Positions 63,305 through 64,000 of a DNA stretch of 64,000 bases are shown in pieces. Source of the stretch: Callorhinchus milii (taxonomy: Eukaryota); contig NW_024704742.1 of the NCBI RefSeq assembly GCF_018977255.1, forward strand, positions 37,140,001 through 37,204,000. Direction: 5' to 3'. The translations under genes and the position numbers were made by a program. Each line of letters begins with the position of its first letter. The first letter of the stretch is position 1. Under the pieces are notes generated by a model. That model worked only from the letters and a program-made list of their open reading frames with translations, did no database searches and had not been told where the DNA came from.

Positions 63305-64000
63305 TAGCGATGTACTTTCCGGAATTAAGTAAGCAGGATGCATCCCTCAGGGAGAGAGTGCGCATTCCATACACTAACTAAATGTGATATGATTCAAAAA
63401 TACCAGATCAAGTATTAATTTTTTTTGTCCTGTTAGTAAATTGTCAGGCCCTGCAAATGATAATTTTTTTTCTGATAGCATAGTTAAATTGAAATCAGTT
63501 TTATCGCTTAAACTGCTCATGTTCCAAGATAGGATAATTCAGCTCTAGACAGATATTGTACCTTGTCCTTGGTGTGTGTGGTTCATTGCCACATCCAATG
63601 TGGCAGTGAGCGAAGTGCCACATCCATATTTTCAGATTTTTGCAATTGTTTGGAATTCTGTCTCCAGATCGCATTATTCATTTCCACAGATGTTTCACAA
63701 GATTTTTTTAAAAAATGTAAACCTCTTTGTATTTTGCATAACCTGAAGGTGAAGTCACATCCCAATCTAAAATTTAATTTGAGTGCACTTTGACTAATTT
63801 TTAGAGATGACACTTTCAGCAAAGCTGAAGTCCGTAAATGTCTAAATTGACCTGGTTGCTGGTAGAACAAATCACCAAACATGGAAACTATCTCTGACCC
63901 TATAACCGTGCTCAAAAAGATTTGAGTCTTCACAGTAATCCAGTAGATGTGATTAACTCTCAAATAGTTAAAAAAAATTAAGCCATGTTTGTGACCATTG

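Overview
Eukaryotic, vertebrate genomic DNA; the repeat content suggests a cartilaginous fish, possibly a chimaera (inference). The window holds the 5' part of PTPN13 (FAP-1/PTP-BL) on the + strand: a CpG-rich promoter and putative non-coding exon 1 (donor after 11154), then six coding exons (26974-27088, 37305-37474, 41773-41838, 44314-44499, 45420-45507, 49000-49536). These splice in frame through GT-AG introns and encode 387 codons: the KIND domain plus the following linker. The FERM, PDZ and PTP exons must lie beyond the window. The rest is intronic or intergenic and dense in retroelements: a young tRNA-Ala-derived SINE, older Deu-domain SINEs, L2-clade and CR1 LINE fragments, Tc1/mariner/pogo-type MITEs, several long palindromic elements and large low-complexity tracts. 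Most long ORFs in the track are LINE remnants or microsatellite artefacts. I found no convincing novel multi-gene system. The best leads are a candidate extra 120-nt in-frame PTPN13 exon, a uORF whose outcome depends on a tandem acceptor and a (TG)n repeat, inverted SINE pairs around frame-symmetric exons, an intronic CpG patch and unexplained long inverted repeats. Comparisons with human PTPN13 and repeat consensus sequences are from memory, and repeat boundaries are approximate.
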